The notes beneath the pieces are model-generated. The model saw only the letters and a list, made by a program, of their open reading frames with translations. It had not been told where the DNA came from and did no database searches. A DNA stretch of 64,000 nucleotides from the human T2T-CHM13v2.0 reference genome, Homo sapiens. Location: NCBI RefSeq assembly GCF_009914755.1, contig NC_060926.1. One strand, given 5' to 3'. Shown in pieces: positions 12,466 through 24,130 of this stretch. The translations under genes were made by a program, and so were the position numbers. How positions within the stretch are numbered: position 1 is the first letter of the stretch; each line of letters begins with the position of its first letter.

Positions 12466-13728
12466 TCAAAGAATGCTTTCTCTTTCTTCTCCAAAGCCTG
12501 TGCTCTCAGAAGAGGCTGCTGCATGGAGCTCCGGAGGATCTTTGGAGAGCCTTGTGTAACTTGAACGTTGGCTTCGCTTATGTGTCATGCTTTTTAGATT
12601 CTCATTCTGAATAGTGGTTGGGTTGGGACTGGAACTAGGCCTCAAAATGACTTGAGAAGTCTCCCTAATTCCCTCCATCTCATCGAAATTTTGATTGGCT
12701 CTGTTGGCTGGAGCACTATTGTTGTTCAGAGTCACGGTGCTGGGAGTTCGGTTCAGGTTGTAGGCTTTCTGGCATGCAGGCCAGTTTTCTTCAGGGCTGC
12801 TGGCTATCAAGCTGCATTCGGAAGGGCTTTTCTTGTCTTCTGAACAAATGGACATCCGAGCTATAATTGGATCTTGCAGGCCACTCAGGCTATGTGGGAT
12901 TCCCCGCTTTCCGCTGTGACTGTCATCTTCCAGCTCTATGAGATTTGCCTTTTCAAGCTGGGAGTCATCCGCCACTTCATTGTGCAGAGAGTGATTGGGA
13001 GAACTTTCACTGGATCTCACTCCTGAATCCGATGAATCCTTTTTGTCAAGGAGCGCATCCGATAAATACTCTTTGGCTTTAATGAAGGTTCTGATCGGCT
13101 CAGCACTGTGTTCTGGAGACTTCGGCACTCTCTCTACTTTCCCTTCGGCTTTTCTGTCTTTGTCATCTTTGAGCAGTGGAGTGTTATCTGATTCTTCTGT
13201 GCCAGATTCATCCTCGTCACTTGGGAGTTTTTGATAGCGCAGCCCACTTCCCTTAAGCTTCAAATCTGTCTGGAAGAGGCTTGACCTTTCGGAAGATTTC
13301 TTGCCTGGGAGAAGCTTACTGCCTGACTGATCTGATTTTTCATCTTCTTCAGTGATAGGATCCAGGGGGGAAGCATCGTTGGTGGAAACCCCTGATGATG
13401 AATAATCGATAACATCTCCCCTCTTCATTAGAAAGGACTTCCTCCCATCATCGGGCTTTGGTTCACTATCCTTCCCCTTTTCTTGCTCTAGGTTTGAATG
13501 AATAGAGCCCCCTGATGAACTCTGACCCATGTAATATGTGCTATGTGGAGAAGATCTGCCACTAATGGTTGTAGACCCGGGGCCCCCTTCTAACTGGGAC
13601 ATCTGAGCAATGTATTCTCTATAGGCATCTCTATACTCGGCCTGCACCTTATCAGTAAGCTTTGAAATTTCAATACTGGAATCCTGGGAATTGAGACTCG
13701 AAAGACTTGGGGTTCTGCGAGTTTGTGA
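12466..13728 (-). CDS. KIDINS220: KIDINS220 last coding exon (~exon 30): kinesin-interacting region, low-complexity tail, PDZ-binding ERESIL
   Basis: ttctgtcttcacag|TCACAA; [36 protein letters not shown]...[10 protein letters not shown]; 420 aa + stop, same frame as the 393-aa ORF in the track. Confidence 0.97.
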   Translation of the reverse strand, partial: SQTRRTPSLSSLNSQDSSIEISKLTDKVQAEYRDAYREYIAQMSQLEGGPGSTTISGRSSPHSTYYMGQSSSGGSIHSNLEQEKGKDSEPKPDDGRKSFLMKRGDVIDYSSSGVSTNDASPLDPITEEDEKSDQSGSKLLPGKKSSERSSLFQTDLKLKGSGLRYQKLPSDEDESGTEESDNTPLLKDDKDRKAEGKVERVPKSPEHSAEPIRTFIKAKEYLSDALLDKKDSSDSGVRSSESSPNHSLHNEVADDSQLEKANLIELEDDSHSGKRGIPHSLSGLQDPIIARMSICSEDKKSPSECSLIASSPEENWPACQKAYNLNRTPSTVTLNNNSAPANRANQNFDEMEGIRETSQVILRPSSSPNPTTIQNENLKSMTHKRSQRSSYTRLSKDPPELHAAASSESTGFGEERESIL

Positions 13729-14010
13729 CTGTGAAGACAGAAAAAAAATAATTTAAAAATTCAAATAAGAAGAAAAAAGGCATAAACATCAGCTTAGGAA
13801 ATATATATGTACACTAACCATTTAAAAAGTCATCAAAACATCAAATTCTTTTAAAAGAATTCTACATAACACAGATTAACAAAAGCTGTGACCTTATAAT
13901 GCTGTTACTAGAAAGCTTTCTATAAATTTTAATAAAATCAGTTTATTGTTAATATTTAAAAGTATGATTAAACACTGTATTAACAAATAATCTTAGCACT
14001 TGTTTCTGGT

Positions 14011-14143
14011 TTTTATTTCATTTTTAAGAGACAGGATCTTGCTGTGTTGCCCAGGCTAGATTCAAACTACTGGACTCAAGCAATCCTCCCGCCTCAGCCT
14101 CCTGAGCAGCTGGGACTATGGGCATGTCCCACATGCTCGGCCA
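14011..14143 (-). mobile_element. FLAM-like Alu monomer
   Basis: Monomer flanked by AGCACTTGTTT direct repeats. Confidence 0.8.
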
Positions 14144-15189
14144 CAGCACTTGTTTTTATAACTTCAAACGTTTAGCTTTTATTTAAGGCCAAAGTCAACT
14201 TCATTGATAAAATATAAAATGCAATGAGGCCAATAGTTGGGGCTTAGTAAACAGAAAAATAAAGTAGTTTTACAAGTTTATTTCCAATATTAAGTTTTAG
14301 AATTAGAATTTGCTTCAGATCCCAGAATAGCTAAGAAACAAGGAGCAAAAAGTACAGATGAGGAAAAAGAAGGAGAAGAATCAAGAAAGTTTAAGAAGGG
14401 TCAAGAGCAAAGGCTAAAACAAAAAAGAAGGAGCAAAGTGAATTTGTTGGGGACCTTCTCAAGGAAATAGGACATTTTCTTCCTTCCCCAAGGCGCTGCT
14501 CCTCCTCACCGCTGCCCTGCCCTGCCCACTCAGTGTTACTCGCTGCCGCCCGCTGTGCCTCCTCCCCCGTTGTTCTCCACACCCTGCTCTGCTTTTCCTC
14601 CTGCGCTCTCCTCACTCCCGCTACTCCTCCTGCATCTCTCACTTTGCTCTGTCCCTGCCCCTACCCCTACCCCTCACCTGGCCTCCTTCTTCTAAGAATC
14701 TCCAAAGGAAGAACGCGCCTACATCTAATGCCAGACCAGAAGAAACCAATATCCGTGAAGGGTGTGCAGGCGTCCTGGAAAACCAAAGGATGGTGCTCAA
14801 AGGGACACTATGTGGCCAGTGTTCCAATGAAGATGTACTTCAACCAACAGTTACTGAATGCAACAGGAAGATCGCCTGAGAAAGGCTGAATTTGCTGACC
14901 ACCCTAGCTCAAGTGGCCTAATCCCTATTGACTCTGCATGCTGTGACCCTGATGGATATCTCAGCTCTCATCAATGTCTACATGAGCTACTTTTTTGTTT
15001 GTTTCACTGACTGCCCCTCTCCACATGGATGCAGCTCCTTGAGTACAGGGAGCCCTCCATCTTGTCTCCTGTTCACTTAGGTATTCAGTAAGCATTTTCT
15101 GAATGACTGTCTAAATGCCCATATAATCTCAGTGAACTGAACGGTGTGCTTATTCTTCAATAATATGAAAAATGCCATTCAATAAATAC

Positions 15190-15426
15190 CTGCCAACTTA
15201 GATTACTGTGACGAGGGGCACCTTCATCCAGGCCAAGCGTGTTCAGCTCTTCGAAGCTGAAGTTGAGTGTGTAGGGCGTCTGGCTGGAGAGCTCGGTGTG
15301 AGGCAGCTCGTTGTGGGAAGCGCGGCGAGCAGGCTCACCGTGCGGGGCTGGGCCACTGCTGCTCTCACTGAGGAAACGTGGGTCTTCAGGGACCACGTGG
15401 CTTTCTGCGTTTCTCATTTCTAGTAC
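15190..15426 (-). CDS. KIDINS220: KIDINS220 penultimate coding exon (~exon 29)
   Basis: ttaag|GTACTA...TGGCAG|gtattt; 237 nt; VLEMRNAESHVVPEDPRF...PRHSNLSWQ. Confidence 0.95.
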
Positions 15427-15722
15427 CTTAACAGAAGAAAAACATAAATATTTACACTAACAAATCATATTTTAGAAGCTTTAGAAATATTTAGAAATAC
15501 CAAACATTATAAAGCTATTGCAACAGCAATGAGAAAGCATACTTCTGGTAAGTGAATTTCTAGTGAATTTGTTTTATACATCAGCTTATCTTTCATGTTC
15601 ATTAATACTAAAGGAAGCAATGGTAGAAACCACCATACATATACTACACTGCAATTTGTCCATTAAATTATTACTTCTGTTTAAAACTTAACTTGAGGAC
15701 AAAGAAAAATGCAGCTGGCTTG

Positions 15723-16127
15723 TGTCAAAACCAGAGCTGGCCAGGAGTAGGGCGGTAGGTCCAGATTTTATTCAGAACTATGGCAACAGGGGTAAGCAGT
15801 CTCACTACAGAAGGGAGTCCAACTCGGAATAAGCACGAATGAGTGGGGATCTACCACCAAGGGGCAGGGTGGGGGTCGTGGATGGAACATTACTAAGGGG
15901 AGGCAGCAGGAGTGGGGGACTCTTGGTACGCCGATGGCCAGGGTGAGCCGACATCACCTGGGGGTGGGGGGGTTAGTGAGGCGTTTGATCAAATACTGAG
16001 GGTGATCACACATGTAAACTGACTTAACAGGATTCTTGCTAAACCTGGGCAATGCAAGCCCTATAAGGATGAATGCTGAAGGTCAAGGCCTCGAAGGCTT
16101 TGAGGAGCCTGATGAGAGTTAAGGCAG
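15723..16127 (-). mobile_element. ERV1-class solo LTR (MER31/MER67-like)
   Basis: Minus strand AGCAAGAATCCTGTTAAGTCAGTTT, TGATCACCCTC, CTGAATAAAATCTG, ending TTTTGACA; family assigned from memory of the consensus. Confidence 0.65.
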
Positions 16128-16400
16128 GTGAAAGCATGAAGAACCGGCAGGCGGCCTCTTCCCCAAATCTCTGAGTGAAATGCCCAAAAAGGCAAAGGCT
16201 GCCAAGTGCTGCTGTGTGTATTTTCCACAACACAGGATTGCACATAAGTGTAAGAAGCAGTTTTTAAATTTAAAAAAATATGAAAAAAATACCAGTTTAG
16301 GCCAGTACTTATTGATACTGGTTTTCTACAATGTTATAAATAATTTTGAATGTTATCATAAAATAATGTTGTAAACATCACAATGTTACAAATATCTTAC

Positions 16401-16499
16401 TGTGCTTCTGAAAAGGTGCCAGTCTCCAAAATTCATATTCATCTCTTTCTTCAGCTCATCAATGTTACACTGAGCTAACACACGGCCATTTATGTTTGC
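16401..16499 (-). CDS. KIDINS220: KIDINS220 coding exon (~exon 28), SAM domain
   Basis: ctcag|GCAAAC...AGCACA|gtaaga; 99 nt; [33 protein letters not shown]. Confidence 0.95.
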
Positions 16500-16970
16500 C
16501 TGAGTAAAAATTAAAACAATTATGGGTATAAAGACAGAATGTGAAATATTCTGAATTACTAGTGATTGCCAAGTATGCTTATATTTAGTTTTAAATAAGT
16601 CTCTAGAGACCAGAAAGGCTGACCAAAAAAAAGGTTATCATCCCATATAATAATACAATAAACAAGCTGAATTTGAACAACATCAGCCACTTCATATTTT
16701 CCCAAATGTCTTAGGCATTTTCTGGGACCAACCGAAGAACTAACCCTCCTATTTCCAAAACTACCTATGCTGTCATGAGCAACAACAAAACTGTTAGTTT
16801 TTGTTTTCTAATCTTAGAAAATATGAACATGAACACAAGCTGCTGGGAGGGGACAAAGACATCTGTTCTCATAAGCGTGTTGGTCACTAACAACGTTCTA
16901 AATGAAGTAGGCCTGGCAAACTTGTTTATCCGTTATATTAGATACAGATATGAAGAATGCCCACCCACTA

Positions 16971-17292
<322 letters not shown>

Positions 17293-18613
17293 TCATAAAA
17301 AAGGAAGTTATTACTTTTGGTTCCCTGTAATTCTAGTTTCCCCTAAATGAAACAACAGCATTTTCTTTATTAATAATAGGTAGCTTACTGCTTTTATAAA
17401 ATGTAAAACCTGACTTTATTAACTGGGGCAAATTTATGAAATAGCTATGTTTATAATCAATAGAATGTTCAGTTTCCAAGTTAATCCTGAAGAAAACAGT
17501 ATACACAGCAAGTCTGTGACAGAGGTCCTGCTGCAACAATGCCGCGGAGCCCTAAGCACGGAGGAGGCCAGCGGCTCTGAGGGGCTTCAGAAAGCCGGGG
17601 TCTAGGAGCAAAGAGCTGAGTGGGGAGAAAACCACTACCCCGATGGGAACAAAATCATCACAAAGGACTCGTGTGGGAGACCCCGCTCTTTCCTGACACC
17701 AACCAGCTGCCTGAAGGAGAAAGTGGGGCTTATCCATGGAAAAGCCGGTGTTTGACTCATGCAAACAGGGACTAGCACGAGCCAGCTCTGTAAGGAAACT
17801 GACATTATCTGAAACCTTTCTAAAATTGGCTGAGATGAGTAAAATGGTGTCTACATATGCTCATAATTCTTTAAAAAACTTCTCTCAGATGTCATTCTTT
17901 CAAGTATATAAATATTAGAGGCTGGTTATTAACGTTCTACTTTATTACACAGTACTCTGATATAAAAAGTATACCTTAGTGAAATACCTACTATAAAGAC
18001 TTCGTTAAAACCTTCCCCCAAATCTCAGGCATCTCTAGCCAACTTCCTGATAGCTGCTAGAATTGCAATAGGATCTTAGAAGAAAAAAAAACTATGCAAA
18101 TGCATTAACCTTGCAAACCCAAACCTATGTGGTTTCATCAAATGTGACATGATCCTAAGTCCTACATGACATGAAAATGAGAATTTGGAGAAAATGAGGC
18201 AAGTGTGGCTTACTTTGATAATCACTAAATCACACTAACAAATATTACAATTAGAAAAAAATGTAACACAAAGGTTTTCGGTTCCACACTGGAAAGATGA
18301 GTTCTGTTTATCCCAATGGGAATCCCTCAGAGCTTTCTCTTTCTCATCAAGGCATTCTTTACTTGTATTACGTCATTTAAAAAAGAACATGGTAAGACAG
18401 CTACTTTATTTTGTTTTATCCATTTATAAAATAAGAGAAAACAGGGCAATTTTAGAATACAAACTAGTAAGAATTATGTTTTCCATTTAGAGCTTTCCCA
18501 TTTTAACAGGGAATGCATGTTTGGGAAGCTATACATAAAGTTTACACGACCCACACAGTCCTGTCTTCCGCCCCCAGCGCTGTCTCTGGTCCGTGTGTAA
18601 GTGGCTGCCTCAC

Positions 18614-18745
18614 CTTTTTGATCGTGGTACAATACTGAGGCAGCATACTCTGGTCCAGCCCTTCTATTTGTTTCAGCTTCTCACATACTGCATCCACATT
18701 CAGTGAATTCAGTAATACCACTGGGCCTGGGGCTGGGCCTGACCC
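18614..18745 (-). CDS. KIDINS220: KIDINS220 coding exon (~exon 27), start of SAM region
   Basis: tctag|GGGTCA...AAAAAG|gtgagg; 132 nt; GSGPAPGPVVLLNSLNVDAVCEKLKQIEGLDQSMLPQYCTTIKK. Confidence 0.95.
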
Positions 18746-19859
18746 CTAGAGAAGTCAAGGAAAAATACAGGTATGAATAAGCATTTAATGCCATCTATAA
18801 TGAGGTCATGTGACAGAGAAAAACTCATTAAGTTATACCATGAAGTAAAGTAAAAAAAAACAAATATGTTTAGCATGGTAAGGAAATACCATTAGGGAAC
18901 AGATTTAGTTACTGTTATAACCTAATGAGTAGCTTTTATTACAGCTGATACAGCCTGGTCAAAACCATTTTTTCTAAGAAAACAGAACATTTCATGAACA
19001 AAGCCTAGGTCAACTTCTCAAATGTTTACTGCCTAATCTCAAGAGAGAAGGGTGCCGTGCTTAATAAGAGGAAGAAGAGAGGTTAAAAAAAACACACACG
19101 CAAAAAGATGGAAAACTACTGATGCCAATATTATATGAATACAAAAAATAAACCTACAAAATAATTTTAAAGTACCTATACTAGACAATTAAGCAACTTT
19201 GAGTGTTTCTACAGACTACCTCAATGGTTACAAGAGCTGAAGTTTTCAGATCTTCATCATATTGTATCCAAGGGATCTAAAACTTCCTTTAGCATCTGTT
19301 AAATCATGATGTAAATACAAAACAACAGTATTAATTCTTAACACATGTGAAAGTAAATACCATCTATTAAAATTTGTTCTCATTTAAAAGGAAAGTCAAA
19401 ATAATTAAAAAGTCTAGTATTTATTTAGAAGAAAAACATTTTCGGAATGTGGATACTAACAAACCAGTTGTCCGTGGTCAATGATAAATGCATCTTCCCA
19501 GCACAGATGTGCTCATTGTGGTTTAGAGGGTGCATCAGCCTGGTCAAAATCAGGACTTTAAAGTCACAGAACAAATAACTAGTTAGTAGTAAACCTGAAC
19601 CAGAACTGTAACTTATCAGGTCTTATAACTTCCTATTTTCCTTTTTCCAACTTCTTTCACTTAACATAATGTTTTCAAGGTCCACCATGTCATAACATGC
19701 CAGTCCTTCATTTCTTCTTATTGCTGAGTCATATTTATCTTTTCTATCTTTCAAATGCTTTTATTCCTCAACCAGTCTCCTTGCTCTGGATACAGTTACA
19801 ATTGTTTACATTTTTTGTTGTTCAAAAAAATCACAAAAAAATAGTTTAATCAACAAAAT

Positions 19860-20700
19860 AACTAATGATCTTACTGGATTATGCCTCATAGATAAAATAA
19901 ATTTCCATGAGTCCATAGTAATATAACTAAATAATTGAAAAAAGTGAATTAATTAGGAAGCAGAGACAGCTTTTCTTTACAGAATTCCAATTAATAAATG
20001 TAGAACAGGAAAGCAGAAAATGACCATTAGGCAAACATAGTAACAGTGAGTGCACACATGATCCACAGACGGAAGCGAAAATTAATGGGCAAAAGTATAA
20101 GCAGAAACGGGATATTTGCAGAGTTTCAAAGTATCTCCTCCAAGATATTCACTAGTTATAGAAGGAACAATAAAACTTTACAGGCTGAAACCTGGCAGAT
20201 GCCACCTTAACCAAGTGACCAAGGTTAGCATTAGTGGTGGGAAGGCTTATGGACATCAAGAACCTTCAACTCTGATGCACTGGGAAGGGCATAGCATCAC
20301 TCCTGCAGTTTTCTAGCAATATACAGTCCCCTTGTAATCACGAGGAAACATCAGACAAACCCAAATTGAGGGACGTTCTACAAAATAACTAACCAGTATT
20401 CCTTAAAAGTGTTAATTAAGGTCATGAAAGATAAGGAAAGACCAAGAAACTGTCACAGATTAAAACAGACTAAGGAGAAATAAAATGCAACTGAATTGAA
20501 TCCTGGACCAGAAAAATGACATTTGTGGAAAAGCTGGTGAAATTCATATAAAGTCTGTAGTTTAGTTAATAGTATTATGCCAATTTTAATTTTTGCTTTT
20601 GATTATTATACTACAGTTATGAAAGATGTTTACATTGACAGAATAGCATTTTTTGCATCTTTTCTTTAGGGTTAAAATTATTTTAAAGTAAAAAATTTAT
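19860..20700 (+). mobile_element. Old L1 (L1MC/ME-like) 3' fragment
   Basis: CCTGGCAGATGCCACCTTAACCAAGTGACCAAGGTTAGCAT and ACATCAGACAAACCCAAATTGAGGGAC resemble L1M 3'UTR motifs. Confidence 0.65.
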
Positions 20701-21897
20701 TTCAAAAATCCCGAAATCTCTCTACTTCCGATTGTGCTAAAAACGACAAGTATAATAGACACGGATCAAATTAATCCTGTCAGCTTTGGAGGGAAAAATG
20801 TAAAATACTGAGGAGAATTTTATGTCTATGGAGAAGCTGAGAATTCAGCAACAGAGACATGTCAATAAAGACACCGCCCTTTTCCTTTAAAGCAAAAAGC
20901 TCTACCCAATGTTACTTTCACAATCTTTTTACAACTTCTACAATTTATCAGTTACTTTCAAGCATATTTTATCCTTCATTGGGGATTATGTAGAATATAT
21001 ATGTTACCTCTGAATTACTTTTAAAAGCTTTTTAAGAAAAGACAGACACATAGGGACATTAAGATCTTTGTAATTCCATCAAAACTATAGTCTGACCCTT
21101 ATTATAAGTTGGGCTTTATACAAGAGCTAAATTATCAATTAATGAAAATATGTTATAATATGCTTCTTTGAATAAAGAAGAAATGGTAATTACCTGCTAG
21201 ACCTTTTCTAAAATAATCATACATAAGAAAATTATTTTGAAACCACATGAATCTTATAACCAAAATAATAATTTGGGGGTGGAAATCTCATAAAAGGGAG
21301 GAGAAAGAGTGCAAAAATGATAAGGAAAGGGCAAAAAGCATATTCAATAATTCAGTAGGTAAATTCTTACTAGAAAATAAGCATATTACTTTGAGAATAC
21401 ACAGACTAGTTCAAATAATACTTTAATGTTTATCATGCATTCTTATTGAAATTATCTAAGTCAAGAAGAGACCATTTTAGCGTATTGATTTTAACATCAG
21501 AATTTGTTAAAATTTTTTTATGAATCAGAAAGCTGAATGCAGAAGATATTAGTGTGTTTAAACTGTTAAAAATAAACTACAAAATTTACACAGATCAGAA
21601 TTTCTCCAGGTAAAAGTAAAGCTATCAAAATACTGAAATTACCCTGAGGTAACTATATCACTGTGTATTGTAAGTAGATTAGAACTACACTCTGACACAT
21701 TATCATCTTTGGTAAATTTATTAAATAAGCACAAAACTGATTAGCCAGAAATGAGTGCCATGCAATGGCTGGAAGCAACTAATAAATCGAACGCACCTTA
21801 GTGAGCACAGATTTATAGACAGCCCAGCATGAAGTTGCCAATGATTGCTTCTAGTAGTCTAATAAGAAAAGTAAGATTTCATTGAGAGTTTCTGTAC

Positions 21898-21930
21898 CTG
21901 TCTCTGTTTGTTAAACCCAGAGTCACACAG
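21898..21930 (-). CDS. KIDINS220: Candidate 33-nt in-frame alternative microexon LCDSGFNKQRQ
   Basis: ttttattccttccttaaag|CTGTGTGACTCTGGGTTTAACAAACAGAGACAG|gtacag; phase 0-0, no stop; flanking TGCATG motifs. Confidence 0.72.
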
Positions 21931-23031
21931 CTTTAAGGAAGGAATAAAACACAGTGAAGGACAAGAGCATAAAGTAACACATCCGATGCACAACTATAAA
22001 TGTCTAACATACACAGGCAGAGCTTCATCATTCCTATTTCCTCCTCACTCTGAACGGACCACGGACAACAGCACACAGCAAGGAGCACACATGCATGCAC
22101 ACACACCCCCAACCACAGTAGCTGCATTCCATTCACATGTGCTTGGTCATCTTACAATTATACTCCTAAAAAAAATTATATTTTTTGTATTGAAAGAATA
22201 AATCATGAGCCATACATTTAATAAGAAAATGAGGTACATCAGATTGGCTATGAAAAGTCAATATTCGTAATATATGCAAGTTTAACATTAATTTAAAAAC
22301 ATTGAATAAGAAGGCTTAGTTACTTAGACTATCACATGATCATAAAATATCTAGCCACACTGTAGGTCATGTTCAGAAATACACTTTCAAATTTGAGTTT
22401 TGCTTCTTTGGGTATGTGGCACATAATAGATGCACTAAATACCATTTCATAAGAATGGCCCCAAGAGGCTTCTAGCTCGAGAAACAGACAAACCTTGCAA
22501 ACTGTGATGAACATAACCATTTCAGTGAGGTGGATTTTTAAAAACTCTAATCCAAAGCAAATAATCACTGCTGGCAGTTATTCTTCTGTACTTAGATTGA
22601 TAATAAATATTCTTAAAATGCTTAAAATGATCTAGAGATGACTGGCAATTTGTACCAAAGTTAATTTACAACACTGTTTTAGTATATTAAATGGCAGGGT
22701 TTTTGCTAGCCTGACGTTTGATGTCTTTCTTTTAACATATTCAATATCTGGGGCACTTCGTGGAAATCCTGTTTTCTAGTTTACACTATCGACCTTATTA
22801 TAAATAGGTTTTTAAAAAGCTGTCTGTAGAGATTTGCAAAAATACCAAAATAGGAGTGCTAAGGAAATTACAGTTTACTACAAGACATCCAAAACACAAA
22901 AGAAAGCTATTATTCACCTGATTGGAAAATATAACTTACTCTTCAAGCTACTTAAGAAATACTAGGTCAAAGCTGACAAATTAGGCATAACACTACATTT
23001 TAAGAGCAATCTTTTAAAAAACACAAGTACT

Positions 23032-23355
23032 GGCAGGGTGTGGTGGCTCACACCTGTAATCCCAACACTTTGGGAGGCCACAGTGGTGGATGACTTGAGG
23101 TCAGGAGTTCAAGACCAGCCTGGCCAACATGGCTAAACACTGTTTCTACTGAAAGTACAAAAATTAGCTGGGCTAATTTTTCACTGTGCGGTGGTGCACG
23201 CCTGGGTCCCAGCTACTCGGAAGGCTGAGGCAGGAGAATCACTTGAATCCAGGAGGTGGAGGTTGCAGTAAGCCAAGATTGTGCCATTGTACTCCAGCCT
23301 GGGTGACAGAGCGAGACTCTGTCTCAAAAAAACCAAAATGAAACAAAACAAAATA
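23032..23355 (+). mobile_element. Alu (AluS-like)
   Basis: Alu dimer; TSD AAAAACACAAGTACT on both sides. Confidence 0.9.
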
Positions 23356-23767
23356 AAAACACAAGTACTAAACTACTGCAATGAACATAATTTTGTTGTT
23401 TTTAAACTTTTAACTGTACTCTAGGATTTCATAACATTACTGTAATATTATTTCTGTGAAAATATCCCAATCAATTTAGTTGAAAATTGTTTAGGAAAAA
23501 AGTTTTCTTGAGTTGAAGTCTGGCACAAAGACTTTCAAGCGGGAAGTGAAAACAATTTTTCACTATACTTTAATAAGAGGCAAAAATGAGTAAATACTTT
23601 TCCAAATTCAAACAGAATAGTACAAATCCACTTCTAAGACACTTTAAAAAGTGTGAATGGTGTTAAAGCTGGTTGAGGCTACTGTGCAAAGTCGCTGAGA
23701 GCTGACAGGGAGGACCTGTCCTGAGCCTGAAGCCTAAACACAACCTAAAACGCCTTCGACTCCCTAC

Positions 23768-23803
23768 CTATGGCACCTTTAACTTTCTTGTCCACGTCTT
23801 CTC
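23768..23803 (-). other. KIDINS220: Microexon-like element (EKTWTRKLKVP*), candidate poison or degenerate cassette exon
   Basis: tctctcattgttcag|GAG AAG ACG TGG ACA AGA AAG TTA AAG GTG CCA TAG|gtaggg; an alternative weak donor AAG|gtgcca would give 27 nt. Confidence 0.5.
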
Positions 23804-23874
23804 CTGAACAATGAGAGACAGCTTAAGTTCTAAACCAGTGGTGAAAATAAAAATTGTCCACAGGTGAGCCCCAC

Positions 23875-24130
23875 TTTTTTTTTTGAGACAAGGTCTGCTC
23901 TGTCACCACGCTGGGGTGCAGTGCTGTGATCTTGGCACTCAACTGATCCTCTCACCTCAGCCTCTCAAGTAGGGGGACTTCAGGTGTGCGCTACCATGCC
24001 CTGCCTGGCTAATTTTTTTTTTTTTTTTTAAAGAAATGGTCTTGCTATGTTGCCTAGGCTGGTCTTGAACTTGTGGGCTCAAGTCATCCTCCTGCCTCAG
24101 CCTTCCTAAGTGCAGGCTTACTGCATGGGC
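23875..24130 (-). mobile_element. Alu (AluJ-like, internally deleted)
   Basis: Reverse-complement Alu with T tail at 23875. Confidence 0.85.

Noticed and set aside
12652-13234. Plus-strand ORFs overlapping the last exon (also 15208-15423 and 31742-32154)
   Set aside because: Antisense shadows of real KIDINS220 coding sequence with no independent support.
14431-14649. 11-bp inverted match GAGCAAAGTGA/TCACTTTGCTC between purine-rich and pyrimidine-rich blocks
   Set aside because: Short, does not extend, and is expected given the opposing compositional skew.
21194-21207. Possible 14-nt microexon ttttag|AAAAGGTCTAGCAG|gtaatt
   Set aside because: Not a multiple of three and has a short pyrimidine tract; expected by chance.
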